The notes: generated by a model from the letters alone, not told the origin. Counted from the stretch's first letter, positions 17,501 to 28,094 are shown. The stretch is DNA of 64,000 nucleotides from Patescibacteria group bacterium (GCA_043800905.1 JAZDMO010000007.1:1627-65626); one strand, 5' to 3'. Translations and numbers: made by a program.

Positions 17501-18198
17501 TTATGTTTTTTAATTTTATAAAAAAAGAAAAGCAAGGTTTTCTAGAATATCAGACGGGGTTTACCCCATCAGAAATTTTTATGAAGATATTTGGTGATAT
17601 AAAGAAAAAAATAAGCAGTTTTTTAAAAAATGAAAAGCAAGGTTTTCTAGAATATCAGACGGGGTTTACCCCGTCAGGAATTTTTAATAGTTTGTTATCT
17701 ATAATAAGAAACAAAATGAAAAAAAATCTTTTTAATAAAAAACAAGATTCTTTGAAATTCCAATCGGGGTTTACTTTAACTGAACTTTTGGTGGCTATCG
17801 CGATTATTGGAATTTTATCTTCCATTGTTTTAACTTCAATGAGTGGGGCGAGAGAAAGGGCTAAGGATGGAAAAAGAATTTCTGATATTAAACAAATTCA
17901 GTTAGCTTTAGAATTATATTACGATGTAAATTCTGCTTATCCTGTAGATAATGGTTCTCAAAATATTTTGTATAACGATCCTAAACCTTTAACTAATTTT
18001 TTAAAAATTTCTCAAGACCCCGATGGAACTAATTACCATTATTGGAGTACGGGACAAGATTATCACCTAGGAGCTGTCTTACAACAAACAAATAATGCTT
18101 TAGATGACGACGATGATGCTACTGGTGGTTTTGAAGGTTCTAGTTCTGATTGTGGTTCTGTGACCGGAACAGATTTTTGTTACGATGTAACTCCTTAA
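17464..18198 (+). CDS. type IV pilin preceded by two tandem degenerate prepilin-leader cassettes; the functional start is probably the ATG at 17716
   Basis: The ORF contains two copies of an approx. 107-bp unit encoding KEKQGFLEYQTGFTPSEIF (17527-17580 and 17633-17687). These are followed by a canonical prepilin MKKNLFNKKQDSLKFQSG|FTLTELLVAIAIIGILSSIVL. Confidence 0.6.
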   Translation: MYRNWLCNNYPLIMFFNFIKKEKQGFLEYQTGFTPSEIFMKIFGDIKKKISSFLKNEKQGFLEYQTGFTPSGIFNSLLSIIRNKMKKNLFNKKQDSLKFQSGFTLTELLVAIAIIGILSSIVLTSMSGARERAKDGKRISDIKQIQLALELYYDVNSAYPVDNGSQNILYNDPKPLTNFLKISQDPDGTNYHYWSTGQDYHLGAVLQQTNNALDDDDDATGGFEGSSSDCGSVTGTDFCYDVTP

Positions 18199-18204
18199 AT
18201 TAAA

Positions 18205-18246
18205 AATGAAAAAAGCGGTGGGCTGGTGTCCACCGCTTTTTTTAAT
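18205..18246 (+). terminator. intrinsic terminator after the pilin at 17464
   Basis: aaaaagcggtgggctggtgtccaccgcttttttt: a GC hairpin plus a T-run. Confidence 0.6.
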
Positions 18247-18407
18247 AGAGTTATAAAAAGTAATCATTGTTTTGTTTAATTATTAATTATATTATTTAAA
18301 TGGGATAATTTTTAATCCTTTTAATTGAAGGTATTGTTTAATCAAATAGACACAAATTACATTTGTTATTAATTATTAGTTATTAATTTAATATTATTAA
18401 AAATAAG

Positions 18408-18917
18408 ATGAAGAAATTTATGAAAAAGGATATAAAAGGTTTTTCCCTTATTGAACTTTTGATTGTGGTTGCAATCATGGGAATTCTATCTGCTGTTGTT
18501 TTGAGTTCTCTAGGAACCGCTCGTCAAAAAGCAAGAGACGCTAGAAGAATTTCAGACGTAAAGGATGCCGCTAAGATTTTAGTTATTGCTTCTGATGTGG
18601 GAGGGGTGAGCATCTCAGGTTGTGGTTCTCCTGATGTCGCCTTAAAAACTTGTGGAGACCCTGATATTGAAAATGATCCTTTTATGGATTTAAGAAGTTA
18701 TTCTGACCCTTCTGTTTCTGAAGAAGTTTGTTCAAGTGGAAGAATTATTGCCGACGGTCCCTGTGAGTACGGAATATCTGATATGACTGGTGATGAAGCG
18801 CCCACCACAGAAGATTACCAAATCTGTTTTTTCCTTGAATATGGAGCGGGAGATCTTTCCGCTGGCCTAAATTCTGTTGTGGGTCCAATTGGAAACTTGG
18901 TAGCTGGTTGTAACTAA
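18408..18917 (+). CDS. type IV (major) pilin, paralog B
   Basis: The first approx. 60 aa and last approx. 35 aa are nearly identical to the gene at 16575. The central approx. 70 aa diverge. 78 bp of upstream sequence is conserved with 16497-16574. Confidence 0.75.
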   Translation: MKKFMKKDIKGFSLIELLIVVAIMGILSAVVLSSLGTARQKARDARRISDVKDAAKILVIASDVGGVSISGCGSPDVALKTCGDPDIENDPFMDLRSYSDPSVSEEVCSSGRIIADGPCEYGISDMTGDEAPTTEDYQICFFLEYGAGDLSAGLNSVVGPIGNLVAGCN

Positions 18918-18984
18918 ATTAATTTTTTAAGAAATTTAAGGTTTTTAATAACATAAATAATTATTATTTTCTTCTATTATTTAC

Positions 18985-19022
18985 TTATAAAGTAAAACCC
19001 GTCTTTAGGCGGGTTTTTATTA
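18985..19022 (+). terminator. intrinsic terminator after pilin paralog B
   Basis: gtaaaacccgtctttaggcgggtttttatt. Confidence 0.55.
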
Positions 19023-19028
19023 TCCTTT

Positions 19029-19132
19029 CTCGCAATGACGGTCCGCTTAGGGCGGACCGTCATTGCGAGGAAAAAATTAAGCCTCAAAAGTTTTAAAACT
19101 TTTGAGGCTTAATTTTTGACGTGGCAATCCAG
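19029..19132. repeat. palindromic repeat element (ctcgcaatgacggtccgc..gcggaccgtcattgcgagg + aagcctcaaaagttttaaaacttttgaggctt + gacgtggcaatccag)
   Basis: Two perfect hairpins in series. Same family as 12755-12843 and 31203-31302. Confidence 0.6.
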
Positions 19133-19225
19133 TAAAAATTTAAGTCTTTAAATCTAACCGAAACTATTTTTCAGATGGAAGGGTTTTGTTTTAATGTTCT
19201 GGTGTTTTAATGCTATAATATTTTT

Positions 19226-20050
19226 ATGGAAAAATACCTACTTTATTTTTTTGTTTTTGTTTTGGGAACTATTATTGGTTCTTTTTTGAATGTAGTGATT
19301 TTACGTTTTAAAAAAAATTCTTTAAATGGAAGTTCTTCTTGTCCCCGATGTAAAAAAAATTTAAGATGGTTTGAATTGATTCCAGTTTTAAGCTTCCTTT
19401 TTTTGAAGGGCAGATGTCGCTATTGTCAAAAGAAAATTTCTTGGCAGTATCCTTTAGTAGAAATAGCAACAGGATTATTATTTTTATTTTCTTTTATTTT
19501 TTCCGCCCAAGGCGGATCCGCCTTGGGCGGACAATTTTTCATTAACCTTATTATTTTATGGGTTGTTTTTAGTTTATTGGTAGTAATTTTTGTTTATGAT
19601 TTATACCATAAAATTATTCCTAATATTTTTGTATATCTTTTTATATTATTTTCTTTTTTAAAAGTCATCATAACTTTTCAAAATTTTTCTTTCGGGGCTG
19701 ATATTTGGGCGGGGTTTTTAGTCTCTTTTCCTTTTGCTTTTTTATGGTTTGTTTCAGGAGGAAGGTGGCTTGGTTTTGGAGATGTAAAATTAGCCTTAGG
19801 TATTGGTTGGTTTTTAGGTTTAGTTCAGGGTTCTACTGCAGTTATTTTAGCTGTTTGGATGGGAGCCTTGGTTGGTTTGATTTTGGTTGGTTTAACAAAG
19901 TTATCCGAAAAACATAGATTGTTTTTTAGGCTTAATAATTTTACAATTAAAAGTGAATTACCTTTTGCCCCCTTTTTAATATTAGGTATTGTGATCACTT
20001 TTTTCTTTGACTTAGATGTTTGGGGCTTGGGAGCTTTGCTTCATGGTTAA
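19226..20050 (+). CDS. pilD: prepilin peptidase PilD (A24 family) carrying an in-frame palindromic insertion
   Basis: N-terminal zinc-ribbon CPRC...CRYC, a polytopic membrane domain, and the C-terminal GFGDVKL catalytic Asp region. 19503-19530 is the perfect palindrome ccgcccaaggcggatccgccttgggcgg, which encodes SAQGGSALGGQ in frame. Confidence 0.8.
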   Translation: MEKYLLYFFVFVLGTIIGSFLNVVILRFKKNSLNGSSSCPRCKKNLRWFELIPVLSFLFLKGRCRYCQKKISWQYPLVEIATGLLFLFSFIFSAQGGSALGGQFFINLIILWVVFSLLVVIFVYDLYHKIIPNIFVYLFILFSFLKVIITFQNFSFGADIWAGFLVSFPFAFLWFVSGGRWLGFGDVKLALGIGWFLGLVQGSTAVILAVWMGALVGLILVGLTKLSEKHRLFFRLNNFTIKSELPFAPFLILGIVITFFFDLDVWGLGALLHG

Positions 20051-20055
20051 TCTTT

Positions 20056-20631
20056 ATGAAATTTAAATTCTCCAAAATTTTTTTAGGAAATAATCAGAGA
20101 GGATTTTCTTTGATGGAACTTTTAGTGACCATTGCTATTTTAATGGTGGTTTCTGGTTTAGTTTTTTTTAATCAATCACAATTTAATAATAGTACTTTGA
20201 TAGAAAATTTGGCTTATGAAATGTCCTTAGCTATTCGACAAGCCCAGTCTTTCGGCTTACAAGTAAAAGGAATTGGGGCAGATTTTGATAATGGTTATGG
20301 TGTTTATTTTGAAAAGGACTCTGATGAATTTTTAATTTTTTCTGATACCTATCCTGTAACCCCTAATTTTGTTTATGATGACGGTTATGATGAGATTATT
20401 GATCGCTTGAAGATGACCAACAAAAATCGTATAGACTATTTATGTATTGATGAAAATTGTTTAGTTGATACCTTGAATATTAGTTTTAAAAGACCAAATC
20501 CCAATGCAATTATTAAAGTTGATGATTCGGGAACAGAAGGTTCAGAGGGATCCATTCATATTATTTCACCGAAGGGTTTAGAAAAGAATATTAATGTGAA
20601 TGGCGTTGGCCAAATTTATATAGGATCGTAA
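20056..20631 (+). CDS. pseudopilin/minor pilin (prepilin-type N-terminus)
   Basis: MKFKFSKIFLGNNQRG|FSLMELLVTIAILMVVSGLVFF. The ATG at 20056 is taken as the start because the tracked ORF's 5' end overlaps the pilD stop. Confidence 0.6.
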   Translation: MKFKFSKIFLGNNQRGFSLMELLVTIAILMVVSGLVFFNQSQFNNSTLIENLAYEMSLAIRQAQSFGLQVKGIGADFDNGYGVYFEKDSDEFLIFSDTYPVTPNFVYDDGYDEIIDRLKMTNKNRIDYLCIDENCLVDTLNISFKRPNPNAIIKVDDSGTEGSEGSIHIISPKGLEKNINVNGVGQIYIGS

Positions 20632-20651
20632 AAGTCAAAAAACATTAAAGC

Positions 20652-21371
20652 ATGAAAATATTAAAACAAAAATTAAAAAGAATTAATTCTCTAGAATATC
20701 AGATGGGGTTTATCCTGTCAGTAATTTTTAAAAATATGATTAATTTTTTAAAAAACAAAACGACTAAAATATTCAAAGATAAAAAAGAGGGTTCTTTGAA
20801 ATTTCAAACAGGGTTTACATTGGTGGAAATGATTACAGCTGTAGCAATTTTTGCTTTGGTGATGGTTGTGGCTATGGGTTCTTTATTGAATGTCCTATCT
20901 GCTAATAGACAAAGCCAAGCAATTCAAACCGCAGTGAATAACCTTAATCTTGCAATGGAAACCATGTCTCGTGAGATTAGAACAGGTTACAATTATCATT
21001 GTGGTTCCTGTTTTGGGTCAGATTGTACTACTGATAATGACTGCCCCGCAGGTGATTCTTCTATTGCCTTTGAACCTTATAATGGGAATCCCTCTTCTTA
21101 TAGTGATCAAGTAATTTTTATGTTTGATCAGGATAATCAACAGATTCTAAAATCGACTAACAACGGAGATGATTATTTAGGATTAACTTCTCCTGAATTA
21201 CATGTGGAAGATTTGACTTTTATTGTAGTCGGTTCGGATCCTAGTGATACTAGACATCCTAAGGTCTTAATTACCGCTAGCGGTTATGTTCAAAGCGATT
21301 CTAATACTCAAACTTCTTTTAACTTACAAACAACAGTTTCTCAAAGGTTAATTGATTTTGATTTATGGTAA
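20652..21371 (+). CDS. pseudopilin with one upstream degenerate leader cassette; probable true start at the ATG at 20736
   Basis: Upstream cassette NSLEYQMGFILSVIF, then MINFLKNKTTKIFKDKKEGSLKFQTG|FTLVEMITAVAIFALVMVV. Confidence 0.55.
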   Translation: MKILKQKLKRINSLEYQMGFILSVIFKNMINFLKNKTTKIFKDKKEGSLKFQTGFTLVEMITAVAIFALVMVVAMGSLLNVLSANRQSQAIQTAVNNLNLAMETMSREIRTGYNYHCGSCFGSDCTTDNDCPAGDSSIAFEPYNGNPSSYSDQVIFMFDQDNQQILKSTNNGDDYLGLTSPELHVEDLTFIVVGSDPSDTRHPKVLITASGYVQSDSNTQTSFNLQTTVSQRLIDFDLW

Positions 21372-22219
21372 AAATAATGAATTTAAAAAATAAAAAACAA
21401 GATTCTTTGAAATTCCAATCGGGGTTTACCCCGTCAGAAATTTTTAGTAGTTTGCTATCTATAATAAGAAACAAAATGAAAAAAAATCTTTTTAATAAAA
21501 AACAAGATTCTTTGAAATATCAGACGGGGTTTACCCCATCAGAAATTTTTATAAAGATATTTGGTAATATAAAGAAAAAAATAAGCAGGTTTTTAAAAAA
21601 TGAAAAGCAAGGTTTTGTAGAATATCAGACGGGGTTTACCCTGTCAGTAATTTTTAAAAATATGATTAATTTTTTAAAAAACAAAACGACTAAAATATTC
21701 AAAGATAAAAAAGTGGGTTCTTTGAAATTTCAAACAGGGTTTACCCTGATAGAAACTTTTGTGGCTGTTACGGTTTTGTTGATTGCCATCACCGGTCCTT
21801 TGTATTTAGTAGCAAAAGGTTTGTCAGTTTCTAAATCTGCTAAAAATCAGGTGACAGCTATGTATTTGGCTCAAGAAGCTGTTGAATATATTCGAAATAT
21901 TCGAGATGAAAATATTTTAAAAGGTCAGGATTGGCTGACTGGTTTAGATTATTGTTTAAATGGTAGTAAGTGTGCTATTGATTCGCCTCAAGAAGAAATC
22001 CTCTTGTGTTCGGGAGTTTGTAATTTTTTGAAATATGATGAAGATAAATATCTTTATACCTATTCCAGCGGGACAGCTAGTCCTTTTCGTCGAGAAATTA
22101 GTCTTTTACCTATTGGCAACACTGGGACAGAGGTAGAAATTTTAGTTGATATGTATTGGAATGATGGACCAAATCAAAAAGATTTTGAGGTTAGAGAACA
22201 TTTGTTGAATTGGCAATAA
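21365..22219 (+). CDS. pseudopilin whose 5' region is a mosaic of four prepilin-leader cassettes
   Basis: Encoded cassettes: KKQDSLKFQSGFTPSEIF, KKQDSLKYQTGFTPSEIF, KQGFVEYQTGFTLSVIF, and finally VGSLKFQTG|FTLIETFVAVTVLLIAITG. DNA blocks are near-identical to 17583-17680, 17700-17760 and 20736-20820. Confidence 0.55.
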   Translation: MVKIMNLKNKKQDSLKFQSGFTPSEIFSSLLSIIRNKMKKNLFNKKQDSLKYQTGFTPSEIFIKIFGNIKKKISRFLKNEKQGFVEYQTGFTLSVIFKNMINFLKNKTTKIFKDKKVGSLKFQTGFTLIETFVAVTVLLIAITGPLYLVAKGLSVSKSAKNQVTAMYLAQEAVEYIRNIRDENILKGQDWLTGLDYCLNGSKCAIDSPQEEILLCSGVCNFLKYDEDKYLYTYSSGTASPFRREISLLPIGNTGTEVEILVDMYWNDGPNQKDFEVREHLLNWQ

Positions 22220-22275
22220 GGTTAGTAGATTAGAGAACTTAGATAAATTTAGAGAATTAGGATAAAAAATAAAAA

Positions 22276-22833
22276 ATGTTTAATTTAAGAAAAATATTAA
22301 AACAAAATAAAAAAATAAACAAAGAAAATTTACGAAGTAAATTTTCTCCTTTACGAAATTTCAACTTTATGAACCTTAAGACTAGTTCTGGATTTGTTTC
22401 TATGATTGCCTTATTATTAGCAAATATTTTTTTGATAATTGGTTTGTCCGTTTTTAATATTGCTTTAAGAGAATTTACTCTTTCCTCTGGCTCGCGGGAA
22501 TCTCTTTTTGCTTTTTATGCAGCTGATGGAGGAATGGAATGTGCTTTATATTGGGATTTAAAAGAAGGTGTTTTTGCTACTAGTACTTCTGCTACAGAAT
22601 TAAATTGTAATAACCAGACTATTGCCATAACCTCTGATAGGTCTGTGGCTGGAGATGGAAGAGAGAATTCTTTTAGCTATAGTTTTATAGAAGGTGAGTT
22701 AAATTCACCTTGTGTTACTGTTTATTTAAATAAAAAAGATGATGGAGGGACTGTTATCCGCTCTTATGGTAAAAATTCTTGTGATGAAAGCAATAATCGA
22801 CGAGTAGAAAGAGCTTGGCAAGTGACTTATTAA
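22276..22833 (+). CDS. hypothetical PilX-like minor pilin/pilus-associated protein
   Basis: N-terminal basic leader, then a hydrophobic helix SSGFVSMIALLLANIFLIIGLSVF and a Cys-containing C-domain. Last gene of the pilus block. Confidence 0.35.
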   Translation: MFNLRKILKQNKKINKENLRSKFSPLRNFNFMNLKTSSGFVSMIALLLANIFLIIGLSVFNIALREFTLSSGSRESLFAFYAADGGMECALYWDLKEGVFATSTSATELNCNNQTIAITSDRSVAGDGRENSFSYSFIEGELNSPCVTVYLNKKDDGGTVIRSYGKNSCDESNNRRVERAWQVTY

Positions 22834-22903
22834 ACAAAAGATCTTAAAATATAAAAATATGGCGAACGGAGTTTCAGCTTCGTTCGTCTTGTTTTTAGCT
22901 TAA

Positions 22904-24943
<2,040 letters not shown>

Positions 24944-24947
24944 ATAA

Positions 24948-24986
24948 AAAGACGGGCGAGGCTTTAGCCTCGCCCGTCTTTTTATT
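24948..24986 (+). terminator. intrinsic terminator after ligA
   Basis: aaaaagacgggcgaggctttagcctcgcccgtcttttt. Confidence 0.65.
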
Positions 24987-25186
24987 TCTATCGTTTTTTT
25001 GAATCTACTATTTTTTGATTGTTTTAATAATAGATTCTGAAAAATGTATAAATTGTTGTTGAGATGATATAAATTGTTTCCATAATTTTTATAGATATTT
25101 AAGTATCTATAATATATATTATATAACAGTATGCTTGTGTTTGTCAAGTGTTTTAAAAACAATGGTTTTGGGCTATAATTAGAACT

Positions 25187-25465
25187 ATGGAAATACAAAA
25201 TATAGAGAATTTAGCTAATTTGTGTCGAATAAAATTATCTGAAAGTGAAAAACAAGAGCTCTTAAATGAAATGGGCTCTATTCTTAATTTTATTGAACAA
25301 ATTCAACAGGTGAAGACTGAAGATCTAAAAAATGAAGCGGGAGAACTAAGAAATGTGATGCGAGATGATGAAGCTTTAAATAAAGGAGGTGAATTTACTG
25401 ATGCTATTTTAGCTGAAGCACCGAATCGAGAAGGACAATATATTAAAGTAAAAAAAATACTTTAA
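25187..25465 (+). CDS. gatC: aspartyl/glutamyl-tRNA amidotransferase subunit C
   Basis: 92 aa. IENLANLCRIKLSESEKQELLNEMGSILNFIEQIQQV is typical of GatC. Directly upstream of gatA. Confidence 0.75.
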   Translation: MEIQNIENLANLCRIKLSESEKQELLNEMGSILNFIEQIQQVKTEDLKNEAGELRNVMRDDEALNKGGEFTDAILAEAPNREGQYIKVKKIL

Positions 25466-25481
25466 CATATTTTTCAAATGT

Positions 25482-25618
25482 TGGATTGCCACGATTAAAT
25501 TTTTATTAAAAAATTTAATCTCGCAAAGACGGATTTTGCAAAGCAAAATTCGTTAGGAAAATCAAAGATTTTCGTCTTTGCGAGGAGTGAAGTGAAACGG
25601 AACGACGAAGCAATCCAG
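25482..25618. repeat. MITE-like element with ctggattgcc / gcaatccag ends between gatC and gatA
   Basis: Termini ggattgcc (25483-25490) and gcaatccag (25610-25618). Interior palindrome ctcgcaaagacg...cgtctttgcgag. The tracked gatA ORF start at 25592 lies inside it, so the real start is probably downstream. Confidence 0.55.
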
Positions 25619-25642
25619 TATAAAAATAAATTAAATACAATT

Positions 25643-27070
25643 ATGAAAATAGACTTACAAAACTTAACAATCAAAAAAGCGCATGAGGCCATGAAAGCTG
25701 GCGAATATACGGCTCAAGATTTAGCTCAAGCTTATTTAGACAATATTGATGAAAGTCTAAATGCTTTCCTTGTGGTTTTTGATGATGTTTTAGAACAAGC
25801 TAAAAAAGCGGATGAAAAATTTAAAGATGGAACAGCCGAGTTATTGACAGGAATCCCGATGGCAATTAAAAATAATATTTTGATTGAAGGGAAAAAAACC
25901 ACAGCTGGTTCAAAAATTTTAGAAAATTATCGTGCCACTTATGATGCTACTGTCATTAAAAAATTAAAAAGAGCGGGAGTGGTATTTATTGGCGGAACTA
26001 ACTTAGATGAATTTGCTATGGGTTCTTCCACAGAAAATTCAGCTTTTGGTGTGGTAAAAAATCCTTATGACATTACACGAGTTCCGGGAGGTTCTTCGGG
26101 TGGATCAGCAGTGGCAGTCGCAGCTAATATGGCTTTAGTAGCTTTAGGAACTGATACGGGTGGTTCTATTCGTCAGCCAGCTGGTTTTACTGGTCTTTAT
26201 GGTTTAAAGACTACCTACGGACGAGTTTCTCGTTATGGAGCGATTGCTATGGGATCTTCTTTGGATCAAATAGGACCTTTTGCTAAAAATATTGATGATT
26301 TAAAAATTGTTTATGATTGTATTAAAGGTGAAGACAAAAATGACAGCACCTCATTGTCTAAAAGAATAATAGAAAAAGAAGAAATAAAAATTGATTTAGC
26401 TAAAATTAAAACTATCGGAGTGCCAATGTCATTTTTGGAAGGAGTGGATGAAGATGTCAAAAAAAACTTTGAAAAATCAGTGGAAAAATTAAAAACTCTT
26501 GGTTACGAAATTAAGAATATAGATTTGCCAAATGTGAATCATATTTTGGCTGTTTATTATATAGTGATGTTTGCAGAGGTTTCTACTAACTTAGCGCGTT
26601 TTGACGGGGTGCGTTATGGTTTGCATGTGGAAGGAGAAAATCTTTTAGAGAATTACAAAAAAACTAAAGGACAGGGTTTTGGAAAGGAGGTGCGTCGCAG
26701 AATTATGTTGGGAACCTATATTTTATCGGCAGGTTATAAAGATGCTTATTACAAAAAAGCTCAAGCCTTGAGAGAACTAATTAAAAGAGATTTTAAAAAA
26801 GCTTTTGAAGGAGTAGGCGCTATAATAACTCCGACTTCACCTACTCCGGCTTTTAAAATTGGAGAAAAAGCGAGTGACCCTTTGCAAATGTATTTAGCTG
26901 ATGTATTTACTGTGCCTGCAAACGTGGTTGGTATTCCAGCAATTTCTGTACCAGAAGGAGAAGTAGAGCGAGATGGAAAAAAATTACCGACTGGCTTATT
27001 GGTGAGTGCTCCTTATTTGCATGAAAATGTTTTATTTAAGATAAGCGAAGACTTACAAAATATTTCTTAA
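25643..27070 (+). CDS. gatA: glutamyl-tRNA(Gln)/aspartyl-tRNA(Asn) amidotransferase subunit A (amidase signature family)
   Basis: Amidase signature GGSSGGSAVAVAAN with a Ser-cisSer-Lys arrangement. Start placed at ATG 25643 (MKIDLQNL), in frame with the tracked ORF and outside the repeat element. Confidence 0.9.
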   Translation: MKIDLQNLTIKKAHEAMKAGEYTAQDLAQAYLDNIDESLNAFLVVFDDVLEQAKKADEKFKDGTAELLTGIPMAIKNNILIEGKKTTAGSKILENYRATYDATVIKKLKRAGVVFIGGTNLDEFAMGSSTENSAFGVVKNPYDITRVPGGSSGGSAVAVAANMALVALGTDTGGSIRQPAGFTGLYGLKTTYGRVSRYGAIAMGSSLDQIGPFAKNIDDLKIVYDCIKGEDKNDSTSLSKRIIEKEEIKIDLAKIKTIGVPMSFLEGVDEDVKKNFEKSVEKLKTLGYEIKNIDLPNVNHILAVYYIVMFAEVSTNLARFDGVRYGLHVEGENLLENYKKTKGQGFGKEVRRRIMLGTYILSAGYKDAYYKKAQALRELIKRDFKKAFEGVGAIITPTSPTPAFKIGEKASDPLQMYLADVFTVPANVVGIPAISVPEGEVERDGKKLPTGLLVSAPYLHENVLFKISEDLQNIS

Positions 27071-27210
27071 GAAATACTTTGAATTATAAATTTAAAATTT
27101 TAAATTATAAAATGGCGAGGCTTTAACTTTTCCTCCTTTTGTCTTTTTAAATATACTTTTTCACTTTTAGCTTTTCCTTTTTAGTTTTTGGTTGTGTTAT
27201 AATTTATTAT

Positions 27211-27795
27211 ATGGAGCATATTGACTTTTTAAATATTCAGCAAATATATTATTGGATTTATCTTTTAATTAAAAATATTTTTTATTTTTTAAATCCGGCT
27301 CACTTAATTGAGTTTTTTTATGAATACTGGCCTATATTCATGTTCTATTCTTTTTTTATTTCAGGGGCTTTGTTTTTGGGAATTATTTATACTTATAAAA
27401 AAAGAGCGATTGTTCTTGAGGCTAACGCAAAAATATTTGATACTGTAATTTCAGGAGCTGGTTTTTCAAACGGTGAAATTAAAAATGAACGTTGGGAAAA
27501 GATTTTACAACAGATTAATTCTGAATCACAGTCTGATTGGAAAATGGCCATTATTGATGCCGATGTAATTTTGGATGAAATTTTAGTTAGTTCTGGATAT
27601 CATGGAGATTCTTTAGGAGAAAGATTGAGGAGTGTTGAGATTAGCGATTTTACAACTTTGAATAGTGCTTGGGAAGCCCACAAAATAAGAAATATGATAG
27701 CTCATGGAGGAGCTGATGCTATGTTGACTAGTCGAATGGCAAAAAGAGCAATTTCTTTATATAAAGAAGTTTTTGAAGAATTTGAATATATCTAA
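27211..27795 (+). CDS. hypothetical membrane protein
   Basis: 194 aa with two N-terminal TM helices and a soluble C-domain ending HKIRNMIAHGG. No confident family. Confidence 0.3.
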   Translation: MEHIDFLNIQQIYYWIYLLIKNIFYFLNPAHLIEFFYEYWPIFMFYSFFISGALFLGIIYTYKKRAIVLEANAKIFDTVISGAGFSNGEIKNERWEKILQQINSESQSDWKMAIIDADVILDEILVSSGYHGDSLGERLRSVEISDFTTLNSAWEAHKIRNMIAHGGADAMLTSRMAKRAISLYKEVFEEFEYI

Positions 27796-27998
27796 ATTAG
27801 TAAGTTAGTTATTAGATAAACTTAGTTTTTAGGAGGCGAGCTGTAGGTCCGCCTCCATACTTTTCAATATTTTTTGTTTGATTTTTCACGTTTTTTGTTA
27901 TATATTACATAGGTTAGTTAAAAGTTTTGAGGCAAGAAAAATCACAAAGTAATTTTTTCTAATTCTCTAAAAACTAAAAGCTAATCTACTAAACATAT

Positions 27999-28065
27999 CG
28001 CGGGATGGTGTAGTGGTCGCACGCATGAGTCTTATGACTCATAACCTCAAAGGAGGTTAGATTGT
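27999..28065 (+). pseudogene. degenerate partial duplicate of the downstream tRNA-Met gene (pseudo-tRNA)
   Basis: The first 30 nt (catatcgcgggatggtgtagtggtcgcacg) are identical to the 5' part of the tRNA at 28095. The rest (catgagtcttatgactcataacctcaaaggagg...) is rearranged and cannot form a T-arm or acceptor stem. Confidence 0.4.
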
Positions 28066-28094
28066 TTATAAAATTGAAAGTTGAAAACATATAT

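Noticed and set aside
17527-21770. CRISPR array interpretation of the repeated approx. 55-bp units near pilin genes
   Set aside because: The units are separated by non-uniform spacers that recur between loci, and they lie within or immediately upstream of pilin ORFs encoding prepilin-leader-like peptides. There is no regular repeat-spacer periodicity and no cas genes. They are coding/leader duplications, not CRISPR.
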